Positions 13,564 to 25,648 of a DNA stretch of 64,000 nucleotides are shown piece by piece; the first letter of the stretch is position 1, and each line of letters opens with the position of its first letter. The notes beneath the pieces are model-generated. The model was not told where the DNA came from and did no database searches. It saw only the letters and a list, made by a program, of their open reading frames with translations. This DNA comes from Octopus sinensis (Eukaryota). The stretch lies in NCBI RefSeq assembly GCF_006345805.1, contig NC_043003.1:95170001-95234000 (forward strand). The letters run 5' to 3'. The translations under genes and the position numbers were made by a program.

Positions 13564-14464
13564 CAGGTGGTATCAAAAAGTTCCCAAACTAGTCCGGTGG
13601 TGAGCCAACAGATGGCAGCACATGGTTGCATGTACAGTAACAGCTAGCAGTGACCTTTACGAGGCAGTGTGCTGAGTGACATTGCTGTTTACTTTGCAAA
13701 TTGTGAAATTTGTGTTTTTGCGATCACATGTATGCTGTAGTATGCGATTTTGTCATGGACAGGAACAAAAAGCCAACGTGAAATTTTGCATTAAACTTGG
13801 GAAGTCTGCTACAGAGGAATTGTGCACGCTTTGGCAAGCTTACAGTGAGCAATGAGGCAATGGGTCATATGCAATGTTTTGAGTGGTGCAGACGCTTCAA
13901 ATGCAGAAGTCCCTGGAAGGTGATGAATGCCCTGGAAGACCTGCCATGAGCATCACCCTCCAGAATGTGATATTGTGCATGAAGAATTCATTCTCTAGGC
14001 CTGACTATTAATCGAGAGTTCTACTCTAATGTTTTGAAGCATTTGGTGAAAGCGACCAGATCTGTGGAGCACAAAGAAATGGACTCTTCACGATGACAAT
14101 GCACCCTGTCACCGAACTCTCCTCACTCAGGAGTTTCTCACCAAAAACAACATGGTTTCATTTCTGCACCTGCCCTATTTGCCAAATTTAGCACTTGTGA
14201 ACTTCTATCTCTTCCCCAAGATCGAAATGTAGCTCAAAGGTTACCATTTTAACACCATTGTTGAGATCCAGAGTGAATCACAGAAGTCTTTGACATGCTT
14301 ATGGAAAATGACTTCCAGGCCAGATTCCAAAGGTGGCAGGAACACTGGGACCAGTGTATTGCTGTGGAAGTTGACAATTTCAAAGGACATGATGTTAAAA
14401 CTTAGGTAAATAAGTTATTTTTTATTAAACATAACTAGTCCAGGAACCTTTTGATATTACCTCG
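13564..14464 (+). mobile_element. Internally deleted mariner relic
   Basis: About 30-bp imperfect TIRs (caggtggtatcaaaaagttcccaaactagt); remnants HDDNAP and HLPYLPNLALVNFYLFPK resemble the HPPYSPDLAP motif. Confidence 0.75.
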
Positions 14465-14470
14465 TATATA

Positions 14471-14513
<43 letters not shown>

Positions 14514-14652
14514 GTTTGTTCTATACTATTATGTTTGAACTTGATGTTCATATGTAGTGGGTTAATAAATTATGTGATTGGGTATTATATGGTAGTTGAT
14601 TATTGATTAAGGTGTATTTCTCCATTTTCTTATTTTGTATTATATATATATA

Positions 14653-15889
14653 TCAGATCATTCCATAAGTAATGTTGCTTTTTTATACTTTACTTGTTTG
14701 TTGAAACATGCTCTAACATGTTTAAACAAGATTTTTTCATGAATGCATGAATACCACAGAGCAAGGAAAGCTTCAGTTAGATAGATTTTAACTTGCAGAC
14801 ACTCAAATAATAATTTGTTGCTTTGATAGCCCCTAATGACAATAAAGGTCACAGAAGAGCTCTTAAGACATAAGCATAAAAATGACAAAAATGCAACAAA
14901 TATTGTAAAAAATGTACAAGAAGTGTATACTAAAGGTGGTTTGAATATTCATAAGCGCTAACATTGGTTCCATAAATTTTGACAAAGGGATTTCAGCTTG
15001 GAAGATGTCTGGGCACCCTGTTTCTTTTGGTAAGGATTTGTTGAAAGCTGCTACTGGAAGAACCTCACATGCAACTATTGAAGAGTTAGCAGAGGAGGTT
15101 AATTCATTGTCATCTACTGTCCACTGCCATTTGCAAGAACTTGGAAGCATGTCTAAGTTGGCAAGTGGGTTTCACATAAGCTGAGTAAAAACAATGACAG
15201 AAAACATCTGCACTACTTTTTATCTATGAGAAAAAATTTCCATTTTTAAACTGCCTAGTGACTGGTGATGGAAAGTGGATACTCTATAAGAATGTTAAAT
15301 GCTGACATCAATAGGTTCAGCCAGGAGCACAAGTAAAACTCCATCCAAAACAAGCTCTTCATCATCAGAAAGTTTTGTTAAGCATTTGGTGGGACTTTGA
15401 AACCTTGTCACAAAACCAAACAATTACAGCTCAAGTGTACTGTGAACAAATTGATAGATTGAATGAAAAACTTACAGAAAAAAGGTACTTTCCAATCAAG
15501 TGAAAGGGTGTCATTTCCATTATGACAATGCCAGATCTCGTGGTGCAAGAACCACATGTTCCAAGATTGAAGAGCTAGGTTAGGAAACGCTTCCACATCC
15601 TCCATATTCTCCTGACCTTGCTCCTTCAGATTATCACTTATTCCAAAGCCTGGAAAATTTTATTGGTGGAACAGAATACAATTCCTTAGATGCCCTTGAA
15701 ACAGACCTTCAGGAGTTTTTCTCTTCTAAGCCAACTGATTTCGATAAGGCTGACGTAAAAAACCTTTTACAGCATTGAAAGAATGTTATTGTTTCAGATG
15801 GGGATTACATAGTTGATTAAATTGTTACATTACTTGTTTTTTTTATTTCTTCAAAGTCTACAAGAAACATTACATATGGGATGACCTGA
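14653..15889 (+). mobile_element. Full-length decayed mariner (D,D34D) transposon
   Basis: TIRs TCAG(A/G)TCAT(T/C)CCATA.GTAATG flanked by TA; LVTGD.KW, YDNAR..HPPYSPDLAPSDYHLF with 34 residues between the last two Asp; stops and frameshifts. Confidence 0.9.
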
Positions 15890-16454
15890 TATATATATAT
15901 ATATATCAAGGAAGCTTACAGACCCTGATTCACTCTGCTCAACAAGAGTACCATGGTAAGTACACTTGTAATCTTCAGCCTACAAGTGTGCGCTTAAAGT
16001 AGTTATATTCTTTTGTGCCATTCTCACTACATTTACCAACCATTTCACAAATTTACTGGAGTGGGGAGGGGGTGCATTTCTTTCCTTTCTAAACGAAACT
16101 TGAAAATGTCACTGACAAATATGTGTTAGTCTGTTCTAAATTATGAGAAATCTGTAAAGCATAGAAAGAATGTTAAAATTTGTGCAAATCCAAATCTAAT
16201 TTCAAAAGTTTTGTGAGGATTACTAAAACTGTTGACAAAGTTTGATACTCTCATGGAAGTGAACTCGTTAATGTGAAAAGTAACCTTGGAACAATATTAT
16301 ATTTCTTTCTGTTAGTGTTAATGAATATTTTCAGTTGTTCAACACAAATTGCTATATGGCATTTGTTCATAAGGCCCATTTTGATCTCCTGTTTGACTCT
16401 ACTCAAGATCAAGCACATCGACAACAAATGGTAAGAACGTTTTATTATACTGAT

Positions 16455-16748
16455 ATATAAACGATGCCAGTGCCGCCTTGATTGGCTTCCGTGCTGATGG
16501 CACGTAAAAGGCACCAATCTGATTGTGGCCATTGCCAGCCTAGCCTGGCACCTGTGCTGGTGGCACGTAAAAAGCACCCACTACACTCTCGGAGTGGTTG
16601 GTGTTAGGAAGGGCATCCAGTTGTAGAAACACTGCCAGATCAGACTGGAGCCTGGTTGGTGCAGCCTTCTGGCTTCCCAGATCCCCGGTCAAACTGTCCA
16701 ACCCATGCTAGCATGGAGAACGGACGTTAAACGATGATGATGATGATA
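16455..16748 (+). mobile_element. RTE 3'-UTR-derived repeat with (GAT)n tail
   Basis: Shares GAGTGGTTGG..AGGAAGGGCATCCAG..GGACGTTAAACGATGATG with the 3' end of the RTE at 30785-32195; similar copies at about 3375-3555, 25810-25985, 28225-28738, 32380-32750(-), 49805-49945(-). Confidence 0.75.
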
Positions 16749-18974
16749 TTGGTTAGTAAGGAGACAATTTATCATTAACTGGAGACTTATCATCTTGGGT
16801 TTATCCAAAAGACAAATAGGCACTGAAAACATGATAGAAATATTTTTGGATCAACTTGTAAAAGATGAAATGCCATTATAAAACTAGATCTCAATGCTAA
16901 GATAATGCTGTAGTTATTGGTTGGTTACAGAAATGTTGTTCAACAGCATTTCTATAACCAATTCAATTGCTCTTTTTGCTTGTTTCCCTCTCAACATTCT
17001 ATTGACAAAAGCTGAAAAAAAAAATTTATGATCCATCAGTTTCAATCTGGAAACCAAGCAACTATGTACACAAATAGCTTAGGTGCCATCATTCAGCAAC
17101 TTATACACAGACATGAATTGTGAAGTCCAAGGACTCATAACAAAGTTTAGAAATTCTGTTACATATTCCTGCATGTGCAAAAGTTCAAGGGAACCAAAAT
17201 AAATTATTTAGAAAATTGTCTTGAATAAACTGTATGGCTTAAAGAGTGTGAATCATGTTATATGCATCACCATTATGAAGTAGGGTTTTGTATTAAAATG
17301 GAAAGGAAGGGTAACAATGTTACCTACAGTATAGGGATCTAGGAATTTCACCTTGTCTTTTAGGAATTTCCTCCAAAAGTAAGGGACTGTTTGTTACTGA
17401 AATCAGAACTGAATGATTAGACTTGTGCAAAGGTCAGTCAAGAATCACTATTGTCTCCAAAGTTGATGTCCACCCCCACTGCCCCAAATTCAGGTCCAAT
17501 TTCAAAAATTTTTTCTGGGGATCTTACTGCTTTACCACTACCACAACCACTACTGTATGGGCTCAAAACATTACACCACATGCGTAATTCTTTCACAATA
17601 CATCTCTGTTCCCTTGTTTTATTTAGCACCTGTAACCAGCAAAAAAACAGTGGCATTGCACAAGAAAGGGAAGGTGTTGTAGAACGTGCACACCAAAATA
17701 ACGTAACCAGTGACCCAGTGTGAATGCATTAACCCTCCAGTGGTGCAGTTCTGTATTTCTCATGGTTAGTATGGTAGCATATGGAGAACCCCACTCATAC
17801 TTTTAGCTATTTTTAGTATTTTATATGTGTTCTTAAGCAATAATATTACCAAAAAACATTTTGATATAAGGTATTTATTTAACATGTAAACAAAAAGAAA
17901 CAAGTACTTTTTGAAAATGAAGGTCAAACAAAATAAAACTATTTTTTGGTGGGGAGAGTACTCCTTTCATATTTAGTATTTACTCATTGTTTGCACTATC
18001 ATCCTGATCACTCTGAGTAAAGCAGTCAATGCAAATGTGCATGGCATGTTCCAAGCAGATGGGCTTATAGCACTTCTGGTAGCAATTTCTTGTCTTACGA
18101 TCTTTTGACCTGAGAAACAATGAGCATCTTAGCATGGAATCTTCATGATGATGTTTTGGAGGTAATCCCTTAGATGCTGAGAAATATTGCATCAAGTCTT
18201 TCCTCAAATATAGGTTTGTCTTGTGCTGATGGATATGGTCCTCTACCAATTTGAATCCCAATTCCCTCCAAAACTTTTGGCGCCTGATAGCTGTTTGAGA
18301 GTTTGCCATGAATATATTGTATGCATTTATTCCTGCAACATTGAGTATGGTGTAGAAAACTGTAACTGGCCAATGTCAAGTATTTTTGGAAATATTGTAG
18401 ATGGAACACAAATGATCCACAGTATCTACTCCACCTTTAGTAGTTGTAGAAGATATTAATCTCTGGTTTTCTTTTGTACTTTCATCAATTGCAGCATCAT
18501 GATGCATTGTGGTCAGTGGGACATTTTTACCTTCCTTGGGAACATATGAAGTCAGTGTAACATTCTTCTGGAAACTTAACAAGCTTGTGTATTCAGTTCT
18601 GCCTCTTGTGGCTACAAACTGAGGAGGAAGTCCTATCTTGTTCTTTCTCAGATTCCCAACTAATGTTAATCTGTAATTCTTCAAGAGATTGACTGCAAGT
18701 CCATAACTTGTAAACCAATTGTTCATTGTAATATTTCTTCCAGACCCATTTGTATGAGACACCAACTGTTTTACCAGTGCTGCTCCTGAATTATCCACTA
18801 CAGAAGGGCATGACACAGAAAGTTTTAGCATCTGCTAAAATAAATATTTTTATGCCATATTTGGCTGGTTTACTTGGCATGTAGATCCTGAATGGACAGT
18901 TCCCTCTAAAGGCAGCCAGTATTTCATTTACTGTCACATACTCTGAGACAGTCAAATGAAATTGTAGTTGGGGC

Positions 18975-19445
18975 CAATGCCAGTACTGCCTGACCGACAT
19001 GCTAGTGGCATGTAATAAGCATCATTCAAGTGTGGGTCAATGCCAGTGCTGCCTGACTGGCTCCCCATGCTGGTGGCATGTAAAAAGCACCATCCAAACA
19101 TGGTCGATGCCAGTGCTCCCAACTGGCTCTTGTGCTAGTGGCATATAAAAATCACCTTCTGAATGTGGTCAAAACTAGTGCCTCCCAACTGGCTCTTGTG
19201 CCAGTGGTATGTAAAAAGCACCATCCGAACGTGATCGAAGCCAGAACAGCTTGTCTAGCTCCTGTGCTGATCACACATAAAAAGCACTCACTACACTCTT
19301 GGAGTGGTTGGCATTGGCATCAAGCTGTAGAAGCCTTGCCAGATCAAACTGGAGCCTGGTGCAGCCTACTGGCTTGCCAGTCCTCAGTCAAACCATCCAA
19401 CCTATGATAGCAAGCATGTAAAATGGATGTTAAATGATGATGATG
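18975..19445 (+). mobile_element. RTE 3'-UTR repeat with about five 60-65-bp tandem subunits, inserted in piggyBac
   Basis: Repeated GCCAGTGCT..CTGGCTC..GTGGCATGTAAAAAGCACC units followed by the common tail. Confidence 0.75.
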
Positions 19446-19864
19446 AAGATTATAATTGGAGATACAATTATTAACAAATTTCCCAAAGAACTTTCTAAAA
19501 GGTGCGAACTTATCTTCTAGCCTCCTTTCAGCCTGGGTGTGGATGTCATCAAATCTCATAGGCCTCAACAGAAAACGAAATCGCTGCAAAGACATCGTTG
19601 CCAGAAAAATTTGAATTCCTGTACCATTGGTCACCCAAACATCTTCCATATTCATTCAGTTAGCTCTGAAAACTCCGAATAGATAAAGCAGTCCTATTGC
19701 AGCTTTCCTCTCCCTTTCATTAGTATGTCTCTCTTTTGACTTATCTTTATGCTTTCCTTGTTTACTGTCCATGTAGATATTAGTACAAGCTACTAATTCA
19801 TTCAGAAGTTCTTGAGTGAGAAACAAAGACCAGCAGTCCTTTGCAGTGAACACATGTTTTGCCG

Positions 19865-20652
19865 CTACTCTTGGTCCTGGTGAATCCTGATATATGCTGT
19901 GAAAGACATGGAGAATTTCTTTCCAGAGAGTTTAGACCCAGGAGGACCTGGGATGAGGTGGTGAAGCATGACCTTCAAACATTGGGCCCCACCGAGGCAA
20001 TGACTAGTGACTGGGACCTTTGGAAATATGCTGTGCTTGAGAAGACTCGGCAAGCCAAGTGAGACCATAACCTTGTGGCCTATGCCAGGGGTGTAACCAG
20101 CCCACTTATGCATACCTTTCCTTCATTGGACATCAAACTCTGCTTATGAAGACCTGTTGAGGCAAATGGAATTGAAATCGAAATCAAATTCGATGACAGG
20201 CATCCGTGCTAATGGAGCACTAAGAGCACCATCTGAGTGTGATCGTTGCCAGAGCAACAAACTGGCTTCCGTGCTGGTTGCATGTAAAAAGCACCATTTG
20301 AGCGTGATCGTTACCTGCGTCGCCTTACTAGCACTTGTGCTGGTGGCACGTGAAAAACTTTCGAGCAAAGTCATTGCCAGTGCCGCTGGACTGGCTCCTG
20401 TGCAGGTGACACATAAAAAAGCACCATTTGAGTGTTGCCGTTGCCAGTGCCACCTGACTGGCCCTTGTGGTGATGGCATGTAAAAGCACCCACTACACTC
20501 TCGGAGTGGTTGGCGTTAGGAAGGGCATCCAGCTGTAGAAACTCTGCCAGATCAGATTGGAGCCTGGTTCAGCCATCTGGTTCACCAGACCTCAGTCAAA
20601 CCGTCCAACCCATGCTAGTATGGAAAGCGGACGTTAAACGATGATGATGATG
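19865..20652 (+). mobile_element. 5'-truncated RTE LINE (ORF end plus 3' UTR), inserted in piggyBac
   Basis: RPRRTWDEVVKHDLQTLGPTEAMTSDWDLWKYAV matches the end of the 31021-32163 ORF. Confidence 0.85.
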
Positions 20653-21799
20653 ACAATGATCTATAAACTGTTCCTTGTGGTCTGTTGTTCATTTTCATCA
20701 GTAGCATCATCTGTTTCTTCTAAAGGATCATCTGGTGAAGTCTGCAACATGCCATCTGCTTCAGTTTCTCCCTCTTCATCTGTTGTTTCTTCCTCAGCTA
20801 TACTCTCTTCTTCCACTTCAGATTCTTTTTCATCTGGTTCTTCATCAAGAAATGATCCTGATTCTTCTATGTCTAATTCTCTCTCAGTTTTTCCATCTGC
20901 CTTTTGTAGTCCATTGTGAATCTGAAAGGAAAGATTTCTCACTTTTATGGCATTCAGAACCATCTAATAAAAAAAAAAAAAATTGGGGTCAGATACTCTT
21001 TTACTTGTTTCAGCCATTTGACTGCGGTCATGCTGTAGCACTGCCTTTAGTTGAGCAAATCAATCCCAGGACTTATTCATTGTAAGCCTAGTACTTATTC
21101 TATTGGTCTCTTTTGCCGAACTGCTAAGTTATGGGGATGTAAACACACCAGCATCGGTTGTCAAGCGATGTTGGGGGGATAAACACAGACACACAAGCAT
21201 ACACACACACACACACATACATATATATATATACGATGGACTTCTTTCAGTTTCTGTCTACCAAATCAACTCAAAAGGCTTTGGTCAGCCTGAGGCTATA
21301 GCAGAAGACAGTTGTCCAATGTGCCACGCAGTGGTAATGAACCCGGAACCATGTGGTTGGTAAGCAAGCTACTTACCACGTGAGAAATAATCAGCCTTTC
21401 AAATATAAGAATAAAATAAACAATAATAAAGAAAAGGGAACAAAACTGTGTCTGTCAATAAATAGTACAGATATATGCACAACCCCAGATACAAATAACA
21501 CGTGTACACTTCTCATCCCTCAGCAAACAACTGAGTGGAGATGTGCATTAACACAGTGGAGTGTGTCAATAAATTACATGGTTGGATAGCTCTACCACTG
21601 CTGCCAGATGTAAGATACATATATACAAACATCAACACATTGTAGTTGCACACGGTTACAGAAACATCCATACTACACAACATCACGATTTTTTTCAAAG
21701 TTGTTCTAAAATCAATAAAATAGAAAACGCAGTAATTCTAGTCTGTTTTATGACGATGAGTAACGACATTACAAAATGATAGCAATTAAATTCATAGCT

Positions 21800-22135
21800 A
21801 TAATAAATCTCTGAACGAGATGTAAACAGTAACTGCACGATAATGTGAGGTATACTTGCCATCTCAATATGGCTAACCACTAAGGGTGGGTGTTACTGTA
21901 GCTTGTAGCCCCAGGAGAAAATCGTCTCCAGCTGGCTTAAGGCACACTTTCTGTGCCCTTTATAGTGCGTATCACTTAGGTTGACGAGGGAGGGATGACC
22001 TCCCTTTGCAAATACCATAAAGAGCATAGAAAGTGTGCCTAAAGCCAGCTGGAGATGATGTTCTCCTGGGGCTACAAGCTACAGTAACACCCACCCTTAG
22101 TGGTTAGCCATATTGAGATGGCTAGTATACCTCAC
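21800..22135. mobile_element. Foldback/MITE with about 120-bp inverted arms
   Basis: 21843-21963 is the reverse complement of about 22017-22135; flanked by 12-bp direct repeat AAATTCATAGCT (21788-21799 and 22136-22147). Confidence 0.8.
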
Positions 22136-22139
22136 AAAT

Positions 22140-22470
22140 TCATAGCTGTTCCACCGATATAAAGAACACTGGAATGCTTCGACAGCGCAAGATCCCGATA
22201 ACGGACTTCGTCGCGTGCACTTGTCCTACAGGCCTTGCTAATACAGAGCGTGAAACATCAAGCAGAAACAGCCTTAGGTTCGTACCTTAACTAAAGAAAG
22301 CGAGTCGTATTCGGACAAGTAGAAAATAAATAAGATTTAATTTTCACTATAATAAGATTTTATTAATTCATATTAAGAAATAATTCACAGCAATAATCTT
22401 AAATTTATGAGGTTTCCTCGTTTTATCATCAATATATTTAAGATACGAAACTAAGATATAACCTCAGATT
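22140..22470. promoter_or_regulatory. Putative (bidirectional) promoter region of UQCRQ
   Basis: Local CpG enrichment in otherwise CpG-poor DNA; outward-facing splice donors at 22285-22284 (-, AAG|GTACG) and 22529 (+, GCA|GTAAGT). Confidence 0.45.
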
Positions 22471-22528
22471 TTCTCTCGTGTTATCACCTGTCCTGTACTT
22501 GACGAAGGTCAGAAGAAGAGAAGAAGCA
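22470..22528 (+). other. UQCRQ: Probable 5' non-coding exon of UQCRQ (start approximate)
   Basis: Strong donor GCA|GTAAGT at 22529; the coding exon acceptor lies only 2 nt before the ATG, so an upstream UTR exon is expected. Confidence 0.5.
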
Positions 22529-24699
22529 GTAAGTTTGTGTTTAATTAAATATATTTTCCACATATTTTACGGTAAAATAATTTTTCTTTCAACAGTGTTT
22601 TTCACCTGAAAATGTAAATTTTTATATTTATTTCTGTGACTGTTTCCCTGTGTTCTTTTTTCGTCCCGAGAACTAAAAATGTCATTAACTTACCACTACA
22701 TTCGAGTATCTTTATAAAATTCTTTTTGCATTAACAAATTGATATTTATTTCATCAAATTTTAATAAAATATTAAATTTACTAATAGTTTTGATGTTTTA
22801 TAAATAAAGACAATTTAATTTTTCGATTTTATTTCACTGCTGACTTTCAAATGTATCATTTACGAAGAAGGTTAAACTCTTTCTCTCGAGTTGCTTTCAA
22901 TGTTATTTTAAAGCAGTTTTTGAAAACTATATTTTCTTCTATAAAATGTGTTCCTCGTCCTGAGATTAATCATTTATCTTTCTACTTAATACCTTAGTTT
23001 TTCTACTCTATTTACTAAATAATACTCCTTTCCCGAGTCAACAAGGAAGCTTTCGGAAATTCGCGATGTGAATTTTCCGAGGCCTCTCCCCCACTCCCCT
23101 TTCGCGTGCGCGCATTTTTTTTTCATATTCGTTCAGAGGAAGTTGTTTTACACCTATTACACACATTTTTTTTGTTTCTTTGAATGGTGTAACGCTTTAG
23201 TTTAACCGCATTTTCTACTCGTTCGTTCGACCTGCTAGAAATAGTAATCAAATCACACCTTCGCCGTTGCATAAATAAGAGTGTATATTTCTTTACTACC
23301 CACAAGGGGCTAAACATAGAGGGGACAAACAAGGACAGACAAACGGATTGAGCCGATTACATCGACCCCAGTGCGAAACTGGTACTTTATTTATCGACCC
23401 CGAAAGGATGAAAGGTAAAGTCGACCTCGGCGGAATTTAAACTCAGAACGTAACGACAGACGAAATACCGCAAAGCATTTCGCCCGGCTGGACAGTGACT
23501 GCTTATTTCAATCCTTATCATGAAGGGAAACAACTTTTTATTTCAAGGGATACTCTGGGATTAAACAACGTATACCCTCATCACTGTTGTGAATGAAACT
23601 AATATTTAACTTTTCGATTTCCTGAAGTAATAATGTTATTTTCTCAATTTTGTTGAATTTTTAGAAATAGAGCTATAAAACAGCCTATTATTAACAATCA
23701 TTTAGGGATGAAACATTTTATATCCATACTCCATTTCCATCGAAGATCTCACCAATCGTAATTAAATGTCCGTAAAATAATATTCCTAAGATTTTAATTT
23801 AACTCATTTCAAGCATTTGGACATTTCACAATTAAATTCAAAATTAAGAAATATGGTATTTTCAAAGTTAGGCAAATACTACAAACTAAACAAAATATAC
23901 GTTTTCCTATGTCATTATTTGAATCTGCCTAATCAAAACAAAAAACTATTCTCTCAATCGTTCTAAAACTGGTAAACACAGGTTAAACTTTAGCTATTTC
24001 ACGTTTGCATTTAGGAAGCATAGTGTAGCCCTTTGTTTTCTTTTGGTTTCAGTTATTGTTATATGGCTGTGTTAAGAGCTCCACCTTTAAGGGATTTAAA
24101 TCTGTTTTTTCAATCCCATTACTTGAGTATATAAAAGACTTAGACCTCATCAGCATCTGGTGGCCAGTATTGGTTAAGGCATAGATGATTACAAATAAGT
24201 TAAATCCTTGTGAGTTCTGTCTCACAGAGAAACTTCACAGCATCTTGTCCCAGTATGGGTTTCAAATTTTGTCACAAGGCCAGGAATTTCGACCCCGTAC
24301 TCTATTATTTTATCGACTCCAATGGCATTTGAACTCAACATAAAGATAAATGAAATGCTACTAAGTATTTTGCTCAGTGGGCTAACGATTCTGCTGGCTC
24401 ATTGCCTTATCCTGTCCCTTTAAGTCCTGTACTGCAAATAACTTCGACTGTCACCTATCTCTGAATGACACATAACCACAATTCAAGAAATGTCGTTAGG
24501 GGCTTGAAAACGGAAATTCTGTCAAAGAAACAATGTTTAGCTTCATTTTAGCAAAAACTTCCTATCAAAAGACTTACTGCTTAGATCATATGCATTTCAG
24601 TTTGATATTTCTTCAGTGAATTTCTTCAGGCTTTTTTCTTGCTTCAATTTTCAAGCATCATGGCAGGCAACGGGTTAGAATGTAGTTATATTATCGATA

Positions 24700-25200
24700 A
24701 TTAATGTAGAGAGAGCGAGAGAATTTAGACTTGGAGAAAGCAGTAATATTTCAGTGTTGTTTGTACACATCAGCTATTTAAGTGATTCTGAGTGGAATTA
24801 ATATCTGAATTTGTTGAGTATTGATGGTGAAGTTGTTTTTGGACAGGAGTAGTGTGATTACATCGTTGATTATTGCGTCTCTGCTTTTGATAGTGATTTG
24901 GGTCCAGCAAAACCTTTGAATGTAAGGAAAATCCATTGAGTATTTTCTTCAACTTTAATTGTGAGGGAATTAGTGATGAGACCACGAGGTATATGCATAG
25001 CTGTGGCAACCCCACCTTCATTGCGTCATTGGAGGAGTTGATAGCATGTCTTGGAATGCTTTCTTTTGAAAATATTGGTGCAGCTTCCAAGTTACAAAGC
25101 CTAAGTATCACACAAATTCAGCTCTGAGACTGAAAGTGATGCCCAAGAATCAATATCTTGTAAATATATGTGAAAACACCATCCTGTAATCAACTTAACC
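24700..25200 (-). mobile_element. LINE apurinic-endonuclease domain relic
   Basis: Minus-strand LQDIDSWASLSVSELNL..RNEGGVATA..YSCP with stops. Confidence 0.5.
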
Positions 25201-25243
25201 AGTATATAACTTTAACTTACCCAGGCAGGTACTAAGGACATAA

Positions 25244-25648
25244 AGGCGGTGAGCTGGCAGAGTCATTAGCACGCCGGGCGAAATGCTTACCGGTATTTCG
25301 TCTGCTGCTACGTTCTGAGTTCAAATTCCGCCGAGGTTGACTTTGCCTTTCATCCTTTCGGGGTCAATTAAATAAGTACCAGTTACGCACTGGGGTCAAT
25401 ATATTCGACTTAATCCGTTTGTTTGTCCTCTCTGTGTTTAGCCCCTTGTGGGTAGTAAAGAAATAGGTATTTCGTTTGTTTTTACGTTCTGAGTTCAAAT
25501 TCCGCCGAAGTCGACTTTGCCTTTCATCCTTTCGGGGTTGATTAAATAAGTACCAGTTATGCACTGGGGTCGATGTAATTGACTTAATCCGTTTGTCTGT
25601 CCTTGTTTGTCCTCTCTGTGTTTAGTCCCTTGTGGGTAGTATAGAAAT
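25244..25648 (+). mobile_element. Dimeric family-A SINE with 17-bp target-site duplication
   Basis: One head, two bodies (second starts at 25466 GGTATTTCG); AGGTACTAAGGACATAA at 25227-25243 and 25649-25665. Confidence 0.85.

Larger units (their letters stand above)
17733..20963 (-). mobile_element. Decayed piggyBac transposon with nested insertions
   Basis: TTAA|CCCT end at 17733; fragments DCWSLFLTQELLNELVACTN, FRFLLRPMRFDD, TVNEILAAFRGNCPFRIYMPSKPAKYGIKI, NITMNNWFTS, KGGVDTVD, Cys-rich C-terminus and acidic N-terminus; other TIR not found. Confidence 0.9.
4407..22286 (-). other. Candidate unidentified spliced gene, pseudogene or lncRNA divergent from UQCRQ
   Basis: Minus-strand exon-like islands with AG/GT sites: donor after 22286; 17629-17528 (VLNKTREQRCIVKELRMWCNVLSPYSSGCGSGKA); 15979-15920 (AEDYKCTYHGTLVEQSESGS); 6537-6445; 4579-4407 (QRSYLNVLKWDRLY..GLGPPPKGPKPIVSPHIFQILKAVPQA*). 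I could not join all islands into one stop-free ORF and recognise no homolog. Confidence 0.3.
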
